The notes under the pieces are model-generated. The model saw only the letters and a list, made by a program, of their open reading frames with translations, had not been told where the DNA came from and did not search any database. A stretch of DNA of 64,000 nucleotides from Camelus dromedarius (Eukaryota). The first letter of the stretch is position 1. The number at the start of each line of letters is the position of its first letter. Below are positions 1 to 12,330 of this stretch, one piece after another. A program made the position numbers and the translations under genes. The stretch covers positions 4,216,001-4,280,000 of the forward strand of contig NC_087448.1 of assembly GCF_036321535.1 (NCBI RefSeq), given 5' to 3'.

Positions 1-2114
1 CTAGAAAAGCTTAAGGAAGTGTTTAGTGAAACCCAAAATAGTAATACAAATGTTGACTTACTTAAAAAAAAAAAAAAAGAGCACTTTAGGTTTTCTGGTT
101 CATCCCCAATAGTTCTGTGTTTTTTATGACCTGCAGTTAGGATGGTGGGTCAGGCACTGGTGATAAAGCTTCTTATTAATAAATAATTCAGTAGCCAGAG
201 TGTAAAAACATGGCTTGCATTGTCCCTGAGTGTTTTGTTTCCTAATTATGAAGCAACTGGCAGGCCTGCCGCCCCAGGGCTGAGTGATTTCACCAGGTTT
301 GTTCTGTGGTTCCCCATTGTCGCCCTTGAAAAGAACATTCCCACAGAGCGGGCTCTAAAGACAATAAACACCGCATGTGAAAAGAAATGACATAATATTC
401 GGCGCTGATAAGGGAGCTTTTCCCAGGGGCTGCGTGGGACGGAGCCCAGGAGGCTGTCTGAGCTGGGTGCCTGGAAGGAAGTGTCCCCAGGGCGGTTTAC
501 GGGGCCGTGCGGGCCCTGCACAAAAGGCCCAGAAGTGGGCAGGTCCCTCCCTGCCTCTGTGAAAGTCAATCCAAGGAAGTCTGATGCCGTGGAGAAGTTT
601 CCTGTCCGCTGTGTGGGAAATCTGACTGAGTGCAAGCGGCCGGCAACAATGGGACAATACATTATAATAAACAGGAAAAATAGCATTGGCCACGGAAATC
701 AATGGCTGGAGTTCATGAGGCATTCATGAGATTGACAAGTGAATAAATTAAAACCAGAAGGTTAGGACACTGAAAGAGAAGTTAATTTTATGTCTGCCCT
801 GAAGCTCCCCTTTTCAGACTCAAATTAAGACTGGGTATAATAAAATGAACATAGTCTTGGATGTACAAAAAAGGCTTCGTTAAGACCTACATCGTCAGAA
901 ACCAGGGATTCTTTTATGAACGGCCACATGCATGCATAGCCGTTGCTCACGGGGCATTAACCACCCCCTCGACAGCGTGACCAAAGGCTTATTTAAACGA
1001 GGTTCTTGCTTTAAATAAACCTGCTCTCAGCAACCAACTGTTCATCCAGGAAGTGAGGTGACACCCCAGTACACTGAAGACATTTACTCAACCAGAACCG
1101 GGTAGAGATGTGCGCCCCCGCGCTATTTAACTTAAATAGAAAGACACACGAGACTCTTCCAAACCCCCAAAGAGTTATAAACAACAGAACACAGCTAACT
1201 CTAAAACAGACTTCGGTTACATACACAGTGATCGATCCTTCTCCACGCCATAGTGGCTTCTCTTTTTAAAGACATTTTAAAACTTTGGTTGGCTTTCTTT
1301 TAATAATAAAATGACTTTAATTAGAACTCACCACTGAACCTTGGTTTTGCAATAAAGTGTTTGACACACCAAATTCTTTCTCCTAATTACTATTAAAGAC
1401 AGAGCTTTGTTCAGGAGACAAAGCAACAGGCTGACAACTCTGAGACAATGCATTCTAACCCAGGCTGTGCTGTAACTCCCGCTCTATCTCAGTTCCTTTG
1501 ACAATTAAGCGTGAGTCTGCTCCACAGTTTATGAACTTTTGTTTTAAGTTATTACAAAGCATGAAATGATCTGGCAACTGTTGCCAGGGAGCAGTTCCAC
1601 ACAACCTGATATTTAGAAGCCAGACCTCAAGTGTGCCTTACAAAATTTGGTCTGTGCTGCAAAAATATTTCTCCACATTATTCCTTTTACTCTTTGACTT
1701 TGGACTGAGATGGTTTATTTACATATCAAGGATTGCTGAGAGGGTCTAATACCTTGGAAAGTTATATGATTTAGTCTTTAATAAATAAAAATTAACTCAA
1801 GAATTTCTGGTCTTATAAGAATATACTTAAGCACATTAAAGCAGAAAGATAGTATCAGAGAGCCTTTAAAACTCTGGTTTCACCTTAAAATTTCCACGAT
1901 GATTTTAGGAAGATGTAGAAAGAGCAAGAAATAACATCTTTCAACATGTCTGTTATTTTAAACGTGGCAACAACCTAGTTTTTTTCTTTGGGTTTTTTTT
2001 TTTTTTTTTCAGGTTTGCCCAGAAGGAGGAGAAAAAGAAAAATTTAGGTATTTGTTTAAATTAAGCCAATCTCATTCTTCAACACTCACTTCAGCAGCGG
2101 TCAAACACATGAGG

Positions 2115-2133
2115 TGGCCAGCAGAGGGCAGTA
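2115..2133 (+). promoter_or_regulatory. CTCF binding motif
   Basis: TGGCCAGCAGAGGGCAGTA matches the CTCF core CCRSYAGRKGGCRS at all 14 positions, plus the upstream TGG and downstream YA. Confidence 0.7.
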
Positions 2134-4484
2134 TATAACAGCAGAAACTGTTTTATTTGAAAGGCAAATCCTATTAGTTCCACTAGACGAAAAAAAGAAA
2201 ATAAAAATACAGTTTTACATGAAGTAGTTTCTGAGCAAAGAAACAAATATTCTGGCATCAAAATATATATTAAAATGCAGTCGGAAGACTTGAAGGCCTC
2301 TGGAAAATCCACTGCATTTTGGTGACAGGCACACTCCTGACTCCATCTTGTCTTTTAGGCAAGAAATAGTTAATTGCCTTCTTCATCTCCGCGTTTTGTT
2401 TCGTTTCGTTCAATCCCACTGAGCGGCAAAGATGTTCACGACTGTGCTGGGAAGAGGGCCCAGGGCGCCTTCGGTAGCGCTCAGGAGCCTGGGCAGAGGC
2501 CTGGCGGCAGCCGGCCACTCCACCCCACGTGGAGCGTGGGCCGGGTGTCCGTGAGGTCCCCGTAGGAGGGGCCCAGCTCCCCGCTGGTGGGCCTTCTCCT
2601 CCCCTCTCCACCTTCATCTTGCTCCAGTCTCGGGTGTCACAGCTCCATGGACCCAGAGTCCAGGACATTCTGAGGGGTGGGCGAAGAGTCCAAGGCAGAT
2701 TCCAAGTTTCCCCTTCCTCAGACAAAGCTGCATCTCCAGTTTGGTCCTCTGGGTCTTCTCCATCTTTCAATAGAGTCATTGAAATTAAAAATAGCAGGCT
2801 TTCATTTACAGCCCAGGCCTTGGCCCTCCAGCCGTCTCCTTCCCTGGGGCCAAGGCCAGGTTTTCTGGGTTCCCCTCCCACTGGAGCCCCACCCTTCCTT
2901 GACCTCTCCGTACCCCCACCCCACCCCCTCCCCCTCCACTCGCTTTCCCTTCACCGGCTTGCACTGTGGAATTAAGTGAATAATCACAGTCGCCTCCTGG
3001 GGCACGCACGGTCCCTCTGTTCCCCTGTGACCTGCCCACGCTCACTCCCCCAGCGCCTTACTCCCCTATTCCTGTGTCTCCCGTTTCTTATTGCTCAACT
3101 TCTTTTTTTTTTTTTTGGTCTTTTCCTTAGGAAAGCGAAGTACAGGACAAAGACAAAGGATGACTATTAATACCAGCAAGATAAGAAGGATGGACACCTG
3201 CTCAGGGTCGGGACCACAGTCATCACAGGCGGCACCTAAGCCAGAGTGCCAGTCAGCCGGCCTCGCCCTGGCTGAGCAAGACCCTGCTGTCCTGAGGAAT
3301 GTGTGGGCTGCCTTTTAAGATTCACTGTATTATGGGGGGGGGGGGGGGACTTGGTTTCTAAGCAGCTGTATCTCCCGCTGAAATCGACGTGAGCTCAGAG
3401 CATTTAGCACAAAGGTGTTTCCTTCCGTCTCAAGATGATTTAGCACATTTTGCTTCAAATATTTGCCGGGTGGCATGAAATAGGCCCAGTACTTTGAAAT
3501 ATTTCAAATTATATAAGAAAACATACAAGATTTCATGGTTTTGAAAGACATGTGTGTTGCCTTCTGGGTTATCCACATTTAATTTGAAAGGAAAGAACGT
3601 TGTTAAAAGCTGAAGTAGGGTCATTTGATTTCCAAGGGTCAAAGGGGAACTCTGCATTTCCCGGCACCCCACTGTCCACTTCCCACCCCAGCCGAACTTG
3701 ACTCAGCCTTAGCAGAAAGATTCCGCTCTGGAAAAGGAGCTCCCACAGTTTGCCCCATGAAGGAGGGAAAACCCTCTGTGGACAATGGCATTAAATTCAC
3801 AATGACCCAAGTCCAACGTGATTTTGAAAATCACTGCATCACCATCAACAGTTTCCACTCTGGTGAAACATCAGAGGGCTGGTTATTTTAATTTTTTAAG
3901 AAATTTCGGCCGTTTAACTTTTTTCATCCATCTCAGTGAAAATACTCAGTGATTCTGAGTATTGAGGCTGAGACTCATGGGCAGGGACCTTGAGAAGCGT
4001 CTGGCACTCACTCAGAGAACTGACCCTAAGGCCAGCTTCCGAGGGGATCCCATAAACAGGATCTCTGGCAAGCCTCCATCCTCCATTTTCAAAACACCCA
4101 GTGATGGAGAAGCACCATCTTGAAAGGAGGTTCATTCCATGTTTAGGCAGTAAGTGGCGAGACAGTTCATCCTTACGTTAAGCCCAACTTTGCTCATATT
4201 TTCTATTCACTGAACTTCATCCTAACTTCTGAGCACACACTGGGAAGACACCTCAGTACTCTTCTGCAGTCATACTTGAGTAAAGCTCTCGTGCTTCTTG
4301 ACAATTCTCTAGGTTAAACAGCGCTGGCACCTCCTGGTGAGGGGTACGGAGCATCCCGGCAAATCCTCCGGCACCCCAGTCTCGCTTCAGGATGTGTGTT
4401 TGTGACACACAGCTCTGGAAACTGGCCACAGTCTGCTGGGTGTAGCCTGACCAGCACCTGAAGAGAAGTCTCCTTTTTCTTTAT

Positions 4485-4620
4485 CATTAATTCTCAAACT
4501 CGTATGTGTCCAAGCATTACCTGGGGAACTTGTTAAAAACGAACATTTCCAAACCTTCTTCCTGAGCTGCATTTGATGAACAGACATTCCTGAGCTCATA
4601 CACTGAGAGACATTTCCTTA
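4485..4620. mobile_element. MER5A-like hAT-Charlie MITE fragment
   Basis: tctcaaactcgtatgtg...cattacctggggaacttgttaaaaac resembles the MER5 terminus. Confidence 0.45.
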
Positions 4621-5148
4621 GGGACTATACTGTTTAAAAACTCTGGCTTCAGATCTGACTCTTACGACAGTATAGACTCATACTGACATTACAGTCAACC
4701 CTAACAGTGTCTTCTCACAGAAACCCGTATCAGAGTCCCCCAGCCTACAGTTGTGTAAGTTTTAAGGCTGAAATTCATGAAAACGCATTTACCCCTGTGG
4801 AGTGTCGCCAGAGAAAACACAGGAAGCCCTGAGACTTGAATTTCAGATAAACAACACGTCGTTTCTTATTGAGACGCACATACTGAAAAATCACTCGTTG
4901 TCTATCTGAAATTCAAATTTAACTGGGTGCTCTGTGTTTTTGTTTACTAAACCCAGTAGCCCTGTTCCTGTGAAACTCACTCTGGTAAGATTTGTTTTTT
5001 TCTAGTCACGCCTTTGTGACCATTTTAGAATCTAATTCTGTCCTCAAAAGTTTTTAGTTCAGAGATGTTCTCTTGTTTCTGACTGTCAAGCTGCTCTCCC
5101 TGTTTACGTGAATTCCCAGGGACAGGCTCAGGGTCAACGTTTGCTCAC

Positions 5149-5155
<7 letters not shown>

Positions 5156-5185
<30 letters not shown>
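5156..5185 (+). repeat. poly(A)30 tract
   Basis: Uninterrupted run of 30 A. Confidence 0.95.
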
Positions 5186-5187
<2 letters not shown>

Positions 5188-6289
5188 ACCTCCCACAAGT
5201 GATTGAGCACAAATACCCATTTTTCTTCATTATCTCCAACCGTCCCCGAACTCCGAGATGACCAGTTTATTTTCTCTCATAGTGCAAGCAAGAGTGCGGC
5301 CAGCCTAGCAGCAGCAGGCCTGAGCTCTGCTGCGTCAGCCCTGTGCAGCTTCAGGCAGCTAACAGACTTCTCTGAACCTGAGCACAGACTAAAGACTCAA
5401 GCCTTGTGCTTCATAATTAATAGTTCTTCAAAAAATTCTTCATTCATGAATATTTTAACTAGTTATGGGAGCTTCAAGTTCAAATTGGCAGAAATAAGTG
5501 CGCGGATTACTTCCCGTCTGTCTTAAGGCCCATCAGAAGCGTAAGAATAAATAAATCCGTGGCCATAAAGGAAAAAAGAGGGGTCACATCAGACATCATT
5601 ATCAATGCGTTACCAGAGAACAGGAAGCCGAGCCAACCGGCAGATAAACCCAAATGAGGGAAGGCGGCCCGGAATACACCCCTCTGTGAAGGGGCGATTC
5701 CGAGCATCCACACGTAATATTCAAACAACACGTCTCATAAACTGAGAAAAGAAAAAAATGTGGAGAAGAGATTAGGAAGCATAATAGAAACAGAATTCCA
5801 ATCCTAGAAGAAGTCATCTGTCTTCAGATGAAAAGAATCCAATGAATATAAAGCAAAATGGATGCAAAAACGGCCTCATGCATTTTCACCAGGCAAAGTT
5901 AAAGTCTTCAACGCTCTGGAAGGGGTGGGCGTGGGAACCTATCAAAGCACAAGAATGGGAGTGCTATCAGATACCTTATCAGCAACACTGGCGAAAGGAG
6001 ACAATGGAGAAAGGCCGTTCAAACCTGATGGAAAATGATTTGGGACTCAAATTCTAAATCAAATGTGCGATGTTAACCACCTTCCCAACATGTCAGAGAT
6101 CCATCAATTGTTACAGTTTGAGTAACTTGCCAAGTCCCAGAGCTAAAGAGTGGCAGGGCTGGGCGTTGGGCCAGGCAATATGGTGTGGATTTTATGTCCT
6201 AAACCAGAAATCTCTACTGCCTTTCTAAAATGGATGAGCCTATATAGGTTTTTCAACTAAATGATCATTTCTGTAGAATGCAAATATAT

Positions 6290-7540
6290 TAAAGAGCCAT
6301 TGAAAATGATTCTGGAGGAAAAGAAATTAAAGGAATTTCAAAGAGACGGAGTAAGATGGCAGAGGGTAAAGTGGAGAGCGTAAATGGATGGATTTGCCTT
6401 ATGATGTCTAGGTTTTCCTTTGTAAAATAAGAAAAGAGGTTACCAACTGGGAGTAGGGGACCAGGAAAGTGCTTGAGATTTATGGAAACTGGGAAGAGTT
6501 TGAAATCATTCTTGTGCAGAGTGGAGTGATGCTGACCAAAGAACCCAGTGAGACTTCCACGCAGCACTGCAGGTTAGTGGCCATGGAGTTACAGTAGACC
6601 CACTTTCCTCAGATATATGCTTTCTCCAGGCAGAGGAGCAGCAGGCGGAGAAGAAAGAGGTCGTTGGGTCCTTCCAAGGTGGGGAAACATGAGCTGGGAA
6701 AACATCAACAAGAATCACAACAGACAGGCCAGAGGGCTCGGGCGGCAACAAGAACCACTGACCAGACGGAGTGCTCGCTGCAAACTGGGAGGCCAAGGAG
6801 ATGGAGGGAGGAGGCTGACGGAGGAAAAACAGAAAGACCAGTGGGTAGGAGGCTCAGCCAGGGGCAAGAAATGTCCTGCTGGAAATCATGTAACAAATGG
6901 ACAGAAGATGGAGAAAATCTGTCCTCCCAAATCACCGCTCTAATAATGGCTCTGGAAGTGTTCACAGTTGTGTTTCCTAACACGCTTGCCAGTGTGCCCG
7001 TGGGAGTGACAGGCTGAGGTGGGCAGAGGTCTGCAGAGGTGAGAGAGTCAAGGATGGAGAGGTGCCCACAGGTACGGATGAGATCTGCACTGATGTCAGG
7101 CCCTGGGGGAAAGAAAAAGACTAAATTCACGTGCAAAAGCCATGATTTTTTGAGTTTCGAAGATAATCTCAGCAGGAGAAAGAGATGGTGATTAGTGTGA
7201 AATGTCGTGAACCTAAAAAGTCCAGGGTTTGTTGCTGTGGCCTCATTTTTGTTTTATAGATGGAGAGACAGAGGAGTTGTGACCTGAAGGCAGCAATGGG
7301 GTGCCAGGAGGAAGCCAGTGCTGTGCTCTGTCCCTGACGCACAGGAAGTGCAGAGAAAGATACAGCTGGATACAAAGCACAGGTAAGCTGCAGGGCAGAC
7401 TGAGGTCCCACATGGGAGGCAGGTAATACAATGCAAGAAGCTGGAGGGAGCATGAGAAGAGGAGTCTGAGGACACAGGGCGTTTGCTTTAAAGACTTGGG
7501 AGGTGACAGGTGGAAAGCTGGATGCCAAGGAAGTGGCAAT
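6290..7540 (-). mobile_element. Decayed LINE-2 ORF2 (endonuclease region)
   Basis: Minus-strand frames give GFLLAPHCCLQ, then AVIW, then VVILVDVFPAHV, then SINLKHF...LDIIRQ. These occur in the order of the L2 ORF2 motifs LLAPHC, AVIYRPP, ILGDFNIHV and SID...LDSM, broken by frameshifts and stops. Confidence 0.6.
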
Positions 7541-8679
7541 TATTAGGGAAGAAGGAAAGTGGCCCAGACCTCCCCTTAGGGACTGATGACCTCACACAAG
7601 AGAAGTGCTGTGGTTTGGTCTCAACAGACTCTGATTTACTTGGATTCTGGGTTTGGTGTGTCTTTAAGTCACAGAAAAATAAATAAATAAATAAATAAAA
7701 GGACATACTTCCCCATATAATGTTGTGATTCAGCACAACTTCCAAATCTGTGGAGTGCTCATGATGAGGTTGTATAATAAAACAGGATTAGGTAAAATAA
7801 TCGCGGAGAAAAAGGACACAGAAAAGGCTCAAATGGGGGGGGGGGGAAGAAAGGCAATTGAAGAAATCAGTAATTCAAATTGTCCAAGCAAGAGGAAGAG
7901 ACAACATCAAAATACTATATTCAAGAGAAGAATAGAACTGTCTGTTAAACTGAGAGCAGGAAGTATGTTATTTAAGTGATGACAAAAAACTATACGGAAA
8001 GTCAAAGGTAATGATCAGTGTATCGGCGCACCTTTTGATTTGGGGGAGTGAGAGTGGTAACGTGTGCCCGTGGTGTTTGTTTCATTAGAATTCTCCTCCA
8101 GTGGTGTCAGTGATTTAAATTTAAGACACTGACAGAAAGATCATCATGGAAACAATGATTTGCTTCAAATATGTCCTACAAGGAAACTCAAAGTCAAAGG
8201 TGATTCAAAGATTAGAAAGTCTTGGGGAAAAAAAAAAAAAGACTCAAGAAACCATGCAGGATGAAGTTGCCAATAGGCATCTCTGTGGAGAGGACTTTTC
8301 TATAATAGCACTATTTTATCAGCATTATGCTTAAGAAAATTAACCAACATCCAAACATTAGTATCAGAAAAACAATCCGCAGAGGCAGAGCATACATTGT
8401 GGTCGCTGCAAAGCCCCATAAATATCTCCCAGTGCTATTAGGGTGACAGTCTAGGTGATGAGCACAGGTTATTCTGACGAATAGGCGCGTATTCCAGACA
8501 CGCTGAATTGGTTCCAGAATATATCATCGAGGGACGCCAGATGACATTGCAGACAGGGGACCTCAAAGCAATATAGAGTAAATCATAAGAAAGAGAGAGT
8601 GTAATTAAAGAGAATGGTCAAAGGTGTCAGAGGTCACAGGGGGCTTCAACTGGACCAGGTAAGAGAGTAATGACCACAG

Positions 8680-10200
8680 GGCTCCGGAGACACGCGGAGG
8701 TCACCGCGGACAGCGCAAGGACACGGGGAGGGAGGGGAGAGGAGAGAGGCGCGGGCTCAAACTCTGGGCACAGCCCATCAATTCTGAGTTATGCAGTGAC
8801 CGAGACACGCTGCCCGAAACAAGATTTATAACTATCGGCAAAGCTAACCACAAACTGGAGAGATCGCCAGGGCTTTATCTTAAGGGAAAAAAGAACCTGT
8901 AAATAGACAGCAAACCAAATCAGCAAAAAAATTACACACACATATATAGAGAGACAGAGGCAGAGACAGAGACAGAGACAGAGCGCGCGCACTACAGTTA
9001 AGTCTCCTTCAATAAACATCGCTGAAGCCAGGGCGCGCCAGGCTCAGGGCTGGCGACCGGGGGCTCAAAGGCAAAGAGGAGCCCCCGAGGCGTTTGTGAC
9101 GCAGACGGAGAGCGGAAAGCGGGGCCACGCCGAGTTACTTCATCACAGACGAGCACCCGTGCGCGGTGCGGCCGGGGCACAGGCCCGCCGTCGCGCGGGG
9201 TCCGGCCGGGAGGGTTTCCGGGCACGCGCGGGACCCCGCAGAACGCTGGCGGAGAGACGGGGCGCCGGGGCGGAGCGGCGGCAGGGGGCGCGGGCCAAGG
9301 GAGAGGCTGCGGGGGACCTGCCGAGGCCGGGCCCTGCTGGGCGGCAGGCCTGGGCGCAGGAGAAAGGCCAGCGAGGGCGCAGCGAGGCGCGGCCGCGGCC
9401 TCCCCGTGCGTCAGGCGGGGAGAGGAGGCTGTGTTTCGGGCAGCGGCGTCGTGCAGGTTGCAGTGGGCGGGGGGATCTGGGTTTGGGGGGATCGCTCCGG
9501 TGATGCCACGGTGGGCGGACTGGGCGGAAGCAAGACGGAAGCCGGGGAGGTTCCTGTCACCCCACGGGCAGGACGAAGACCGGGAGCGGGAAGGACGCCG
9601 GAGCCCCTCCCCGACACTGTACCGAGAACAGCCACAAACTGCCATCGCTTCCCGCACCTGCTCCGCTGCCGCCGAGTCCCCGCGGTTCCTCCTGGCCAGT
9701 CCCCGCGGTTCCACCCCGCCTCGGCTGCAGGTGCGGCTTTCTCCCCAAGCTCAGCAGGAGTCAGCCCCCTGCCAGACCCCGCCGTCTCACCCCCGAGCGG
9801 CCCTAAAACTCGCCCTCTTCACACCTTGTGTGCGCAAGAGAACTCTTCTCCTAAAAAATGTCAAACTATAAGTCTGAACATTTGTAAATAAATTGACTTC
9901 GGGGAGGAAAGCAGCCCTGCCTCCTTCCACAGCTTCCACCTGGTGTCCCCGACCCACCGGAGCGCAGCGCCCTGCTTCCTGAAATCGCGTCTTGAGGTGC
10001 CCCTTTCCGCAGCACGTGGCGAGTGAGTTTACACACATTTCCCTCTAGACCGGAGGGTCCGAGGGCAGGGCGTCCTGGGTCTGCTGATCCCCAGTTCTCC
10101 CCACGCTCAGTAGACTCAGTTATCGGCGGAAGAAATGAAGGAATCTTCTCTGAGTGGCTTTTCGGCCCCGGAAAAGGATGCCCGTCACAGCCGTGTTATA
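8680..10200. promoter_or_regulatory. CpG-island promoter (gene not identified; possibly bidirectional)
   Basis: Very high GC and CpG density (core ~9020-9800). GGGCGG boxes at ~9465, 9513 and 9522, tandem ETS CGGAAG at 9525-9530 and 9536-9541, and a CTCF-like core at 9278-9291. Confidence 0.85.
8950..8990. repeat. (GACAGA)n-type simple repeat followed by (GC)n
   Basis: gagacagaggcagagacagagacagagacagagcgcgcgc. Confidence 0.85.
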
Positions 10201-12024
10201 GCTGAGGTGGGATTTTATCTCTCAGGAGTTAACGTGCCCTCATCGAAGGACAGGCTTTCCCCAGAGGATCACAGAGGTGCTTCCTTCGTTGGACTGGCCT
10301 GACTACCACACTTTTAACTAGTGAGTGAGAGAAACTAGCGCAGATCTTTAGCCATTCATCTTTCATGCATAGTACAATCATCCAGGAGGCTGTAAATCAA
10401 AGACTACTATGTAAGATGCACTGAAAGATGAAGATACTCTTTTACGCTCAAGAAAAAGGCTAGTTGTTCAGCCTTTGCTCACTCGTACAGCTCAGTGGAG
10501 TCGCTGCCACTTCCCCCCACCCCCTCTTAGAAAGTGTCTCCCAGACGGCTGTGCGGTTGAATTTTAGGGTCATATCTCTTCGAGGGCTCACAGGCGTCTA
10601 GGAGCCTCAGCTTTGGGACGTTAGGCCAACCTGTCACCTCAGGCCCCTCCAGCTTCTTATACCTGCTGGGGGTTTTCCTCACATCACCTGCCGCCATCCA
10701 CTCAGCTGTTGAGGCCACTTGTGCTAATGAATGTCGATCTCAGTGTGCTTGCCCTTATCCTCTAGAAAGTGTTTTTTCTCCCCTCTGATCTCTTGGCTCC
10801 ACCCTCTACTGAGGACCCAAGCAGGCAGGAAGCTTTCAGGTAATGAGAAACCAGCTGCTCTTTATCTCCGCGTCTCGAAGCCCCTCCACGCCTGACTGCC
10901 TCCAGGGATTTGCTTTCCTGCCGCTTTTTTTTTTCTTTCTCTTTTTGAAACAACTCTCTCCAAGTTTTATTTTTTCCTGATTCAATCCTTATTTTCCAAA
11001 CAACGACTTTTCTTATTAGCTCCCTTACAATCTTCAGGTTTTTACATACTCTGTGAAAGGAACGGTATCATTTTACACAGAACATAAGGTTTTAAGAATA
11101 AAACTAAAAAGAAAATGGGAAGCACATATTTGCCATGTCTTTGCTCCTAACCGTCCGACCTACCTCTTAGGTAAATAAGATTCACATCTTTCACCCAGTA
11201 AAGCAGATGTATTTCAAATGAGTTCAACTGCATTTCTAAATACATTCCCAACTGATAGAGGGAAGTCAGTATCACCCAAATGAAAAAGCTAGAGCCATGA
11301 AATAGGAGGGCTGTTTTTACTAGGCTGTCGCTCGCTCATCACGGGGACAATGGTTTCCAGTCCTCCCTAAGACTCTGCATCGTAAATAATGCAGCAAGAT
11401 CATAGCAAGAAATCACAGCTTGTCTTTTCTTCCTTCTTGTCCCTCCCCATGTACAAAATACATGCTAGTGGAACACAGGTGATGGAAGTAATGAGTGACG
11501 ATGACAAAGAAGCCTAACAGCAGAGAGGACACTGGCAGACGAACATCCCTCGTCTCCCTCGTAGAGCCCTCTGGACGGTTCCTCCGTGGAAGAGCTGCTG
11601 CTTCCAGTCTTCTGTCCTGATCCAGGACCCATTCCCAACACTGGGATTCAGGGAGCAATGCTTATGCTCCATGGACTCAGAATTCCCTAGACTTAATGAT
11701 ATCTCAGCATTTAAGAACGCTAACTCCATGCAACCCACCAAAAGAAAAAGGGTCTGCTGGACTTCCAGGAGCTTCTGGTACCGATCGCACCTGCTCCCTG
11801 TGGCCACACTATTTCCTGCAGATCCTCTCCCTGGATGGCTGAGTGTTCCTGGAAATAACCAATGAGACCACATCCCCTCCACCCCACAGAGCAAGCAAGA
11901 ATTAACATCCTCAATGTCTATTCAAATGATTACTCTGATTTAACATGGAAAACGTGGCATTTGAAATCAGAAAAAAAAATTTCAAATTCAGTTCTAGTAT
12001 TCCTTCCTGCTTGCATGTTAGTAT

Positions 12025-12150
12025 CCTTTGGAAACCTAAAAAGAAATCTCAGTGCCAGACCACCTCCAGAGATGTTGATTTCATTCATCCAAGGTGAGTC
12101 CTGGGCACAGGCATTATTTAATGCCTTCCCTGATTATCCTAGTGTAACCA
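12025..12150. mobile_element. MER5A-like MITE fragment
   Basis: ccagaccacctccagagatgttgatttc...cctgggcacaggcattatttaatgccttccctgatt resembles the MER5A internal sequence. Confidence 0.5.
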
Positions 12151-12189
12151 CCACCGAGAACACACACACACGCACACACACACACATTT

Positions 12190-12330
12190 GTGAGACTTGA
12201 AGACAAGCACTTAATTTCTTTGAGTCTCAGGTTTTGCAAAAGAGGGATTGCAGCTTCTTACTTGACTTGACAAGGTGTTAGGAAGATTAAACATGGGTTA
12301 TATATGAAGGCACTTTGTAAAACATACGTC
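12190..12330 (+). mobile_element. MIR SINE fragment
   Basis: tgtgagacttgaagacaagcacttaatttctttgagtctcaggtttt matches the MIR core. Confidence 0.55.

Noticed and set aside
2011-2045. Possible 35-nt plus-strand exon (FAQKEEKKKNL) after a T-run acceptor
   Set aside because: The donor GTATTT is weak, the acceptor is just a poly(T) tract, and no partner exons are visible.
2270-2881. 203-aa minus-strand ORF
   Set aside because: No recognisable homology or domain, low-complexity GC-rich composition, overlapping plus-strand ORFs of similar size, and no convincing splice or Kozak context.
7345-7382. Possible 38-nt plus-strand exon with CAG|GTAAGC donor
   Set aside because: It lies inside the antisense L2 fossil, where cryptic splice-like words are common, and upstream of the plus-strand promoter.
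8998-9891. Long overlapping ORFs (238 aa minus, 241 aa plus, others) in the CpG island
   Set aside because: They are Ala/Pro/Arg/Gly-rich and open on both strands and in several frames, the expected by-product of stop-codon scarcity at very high GC. No recognisable domain is present. The MAVCG start only superficially recalls MMAB and diverges immediately.
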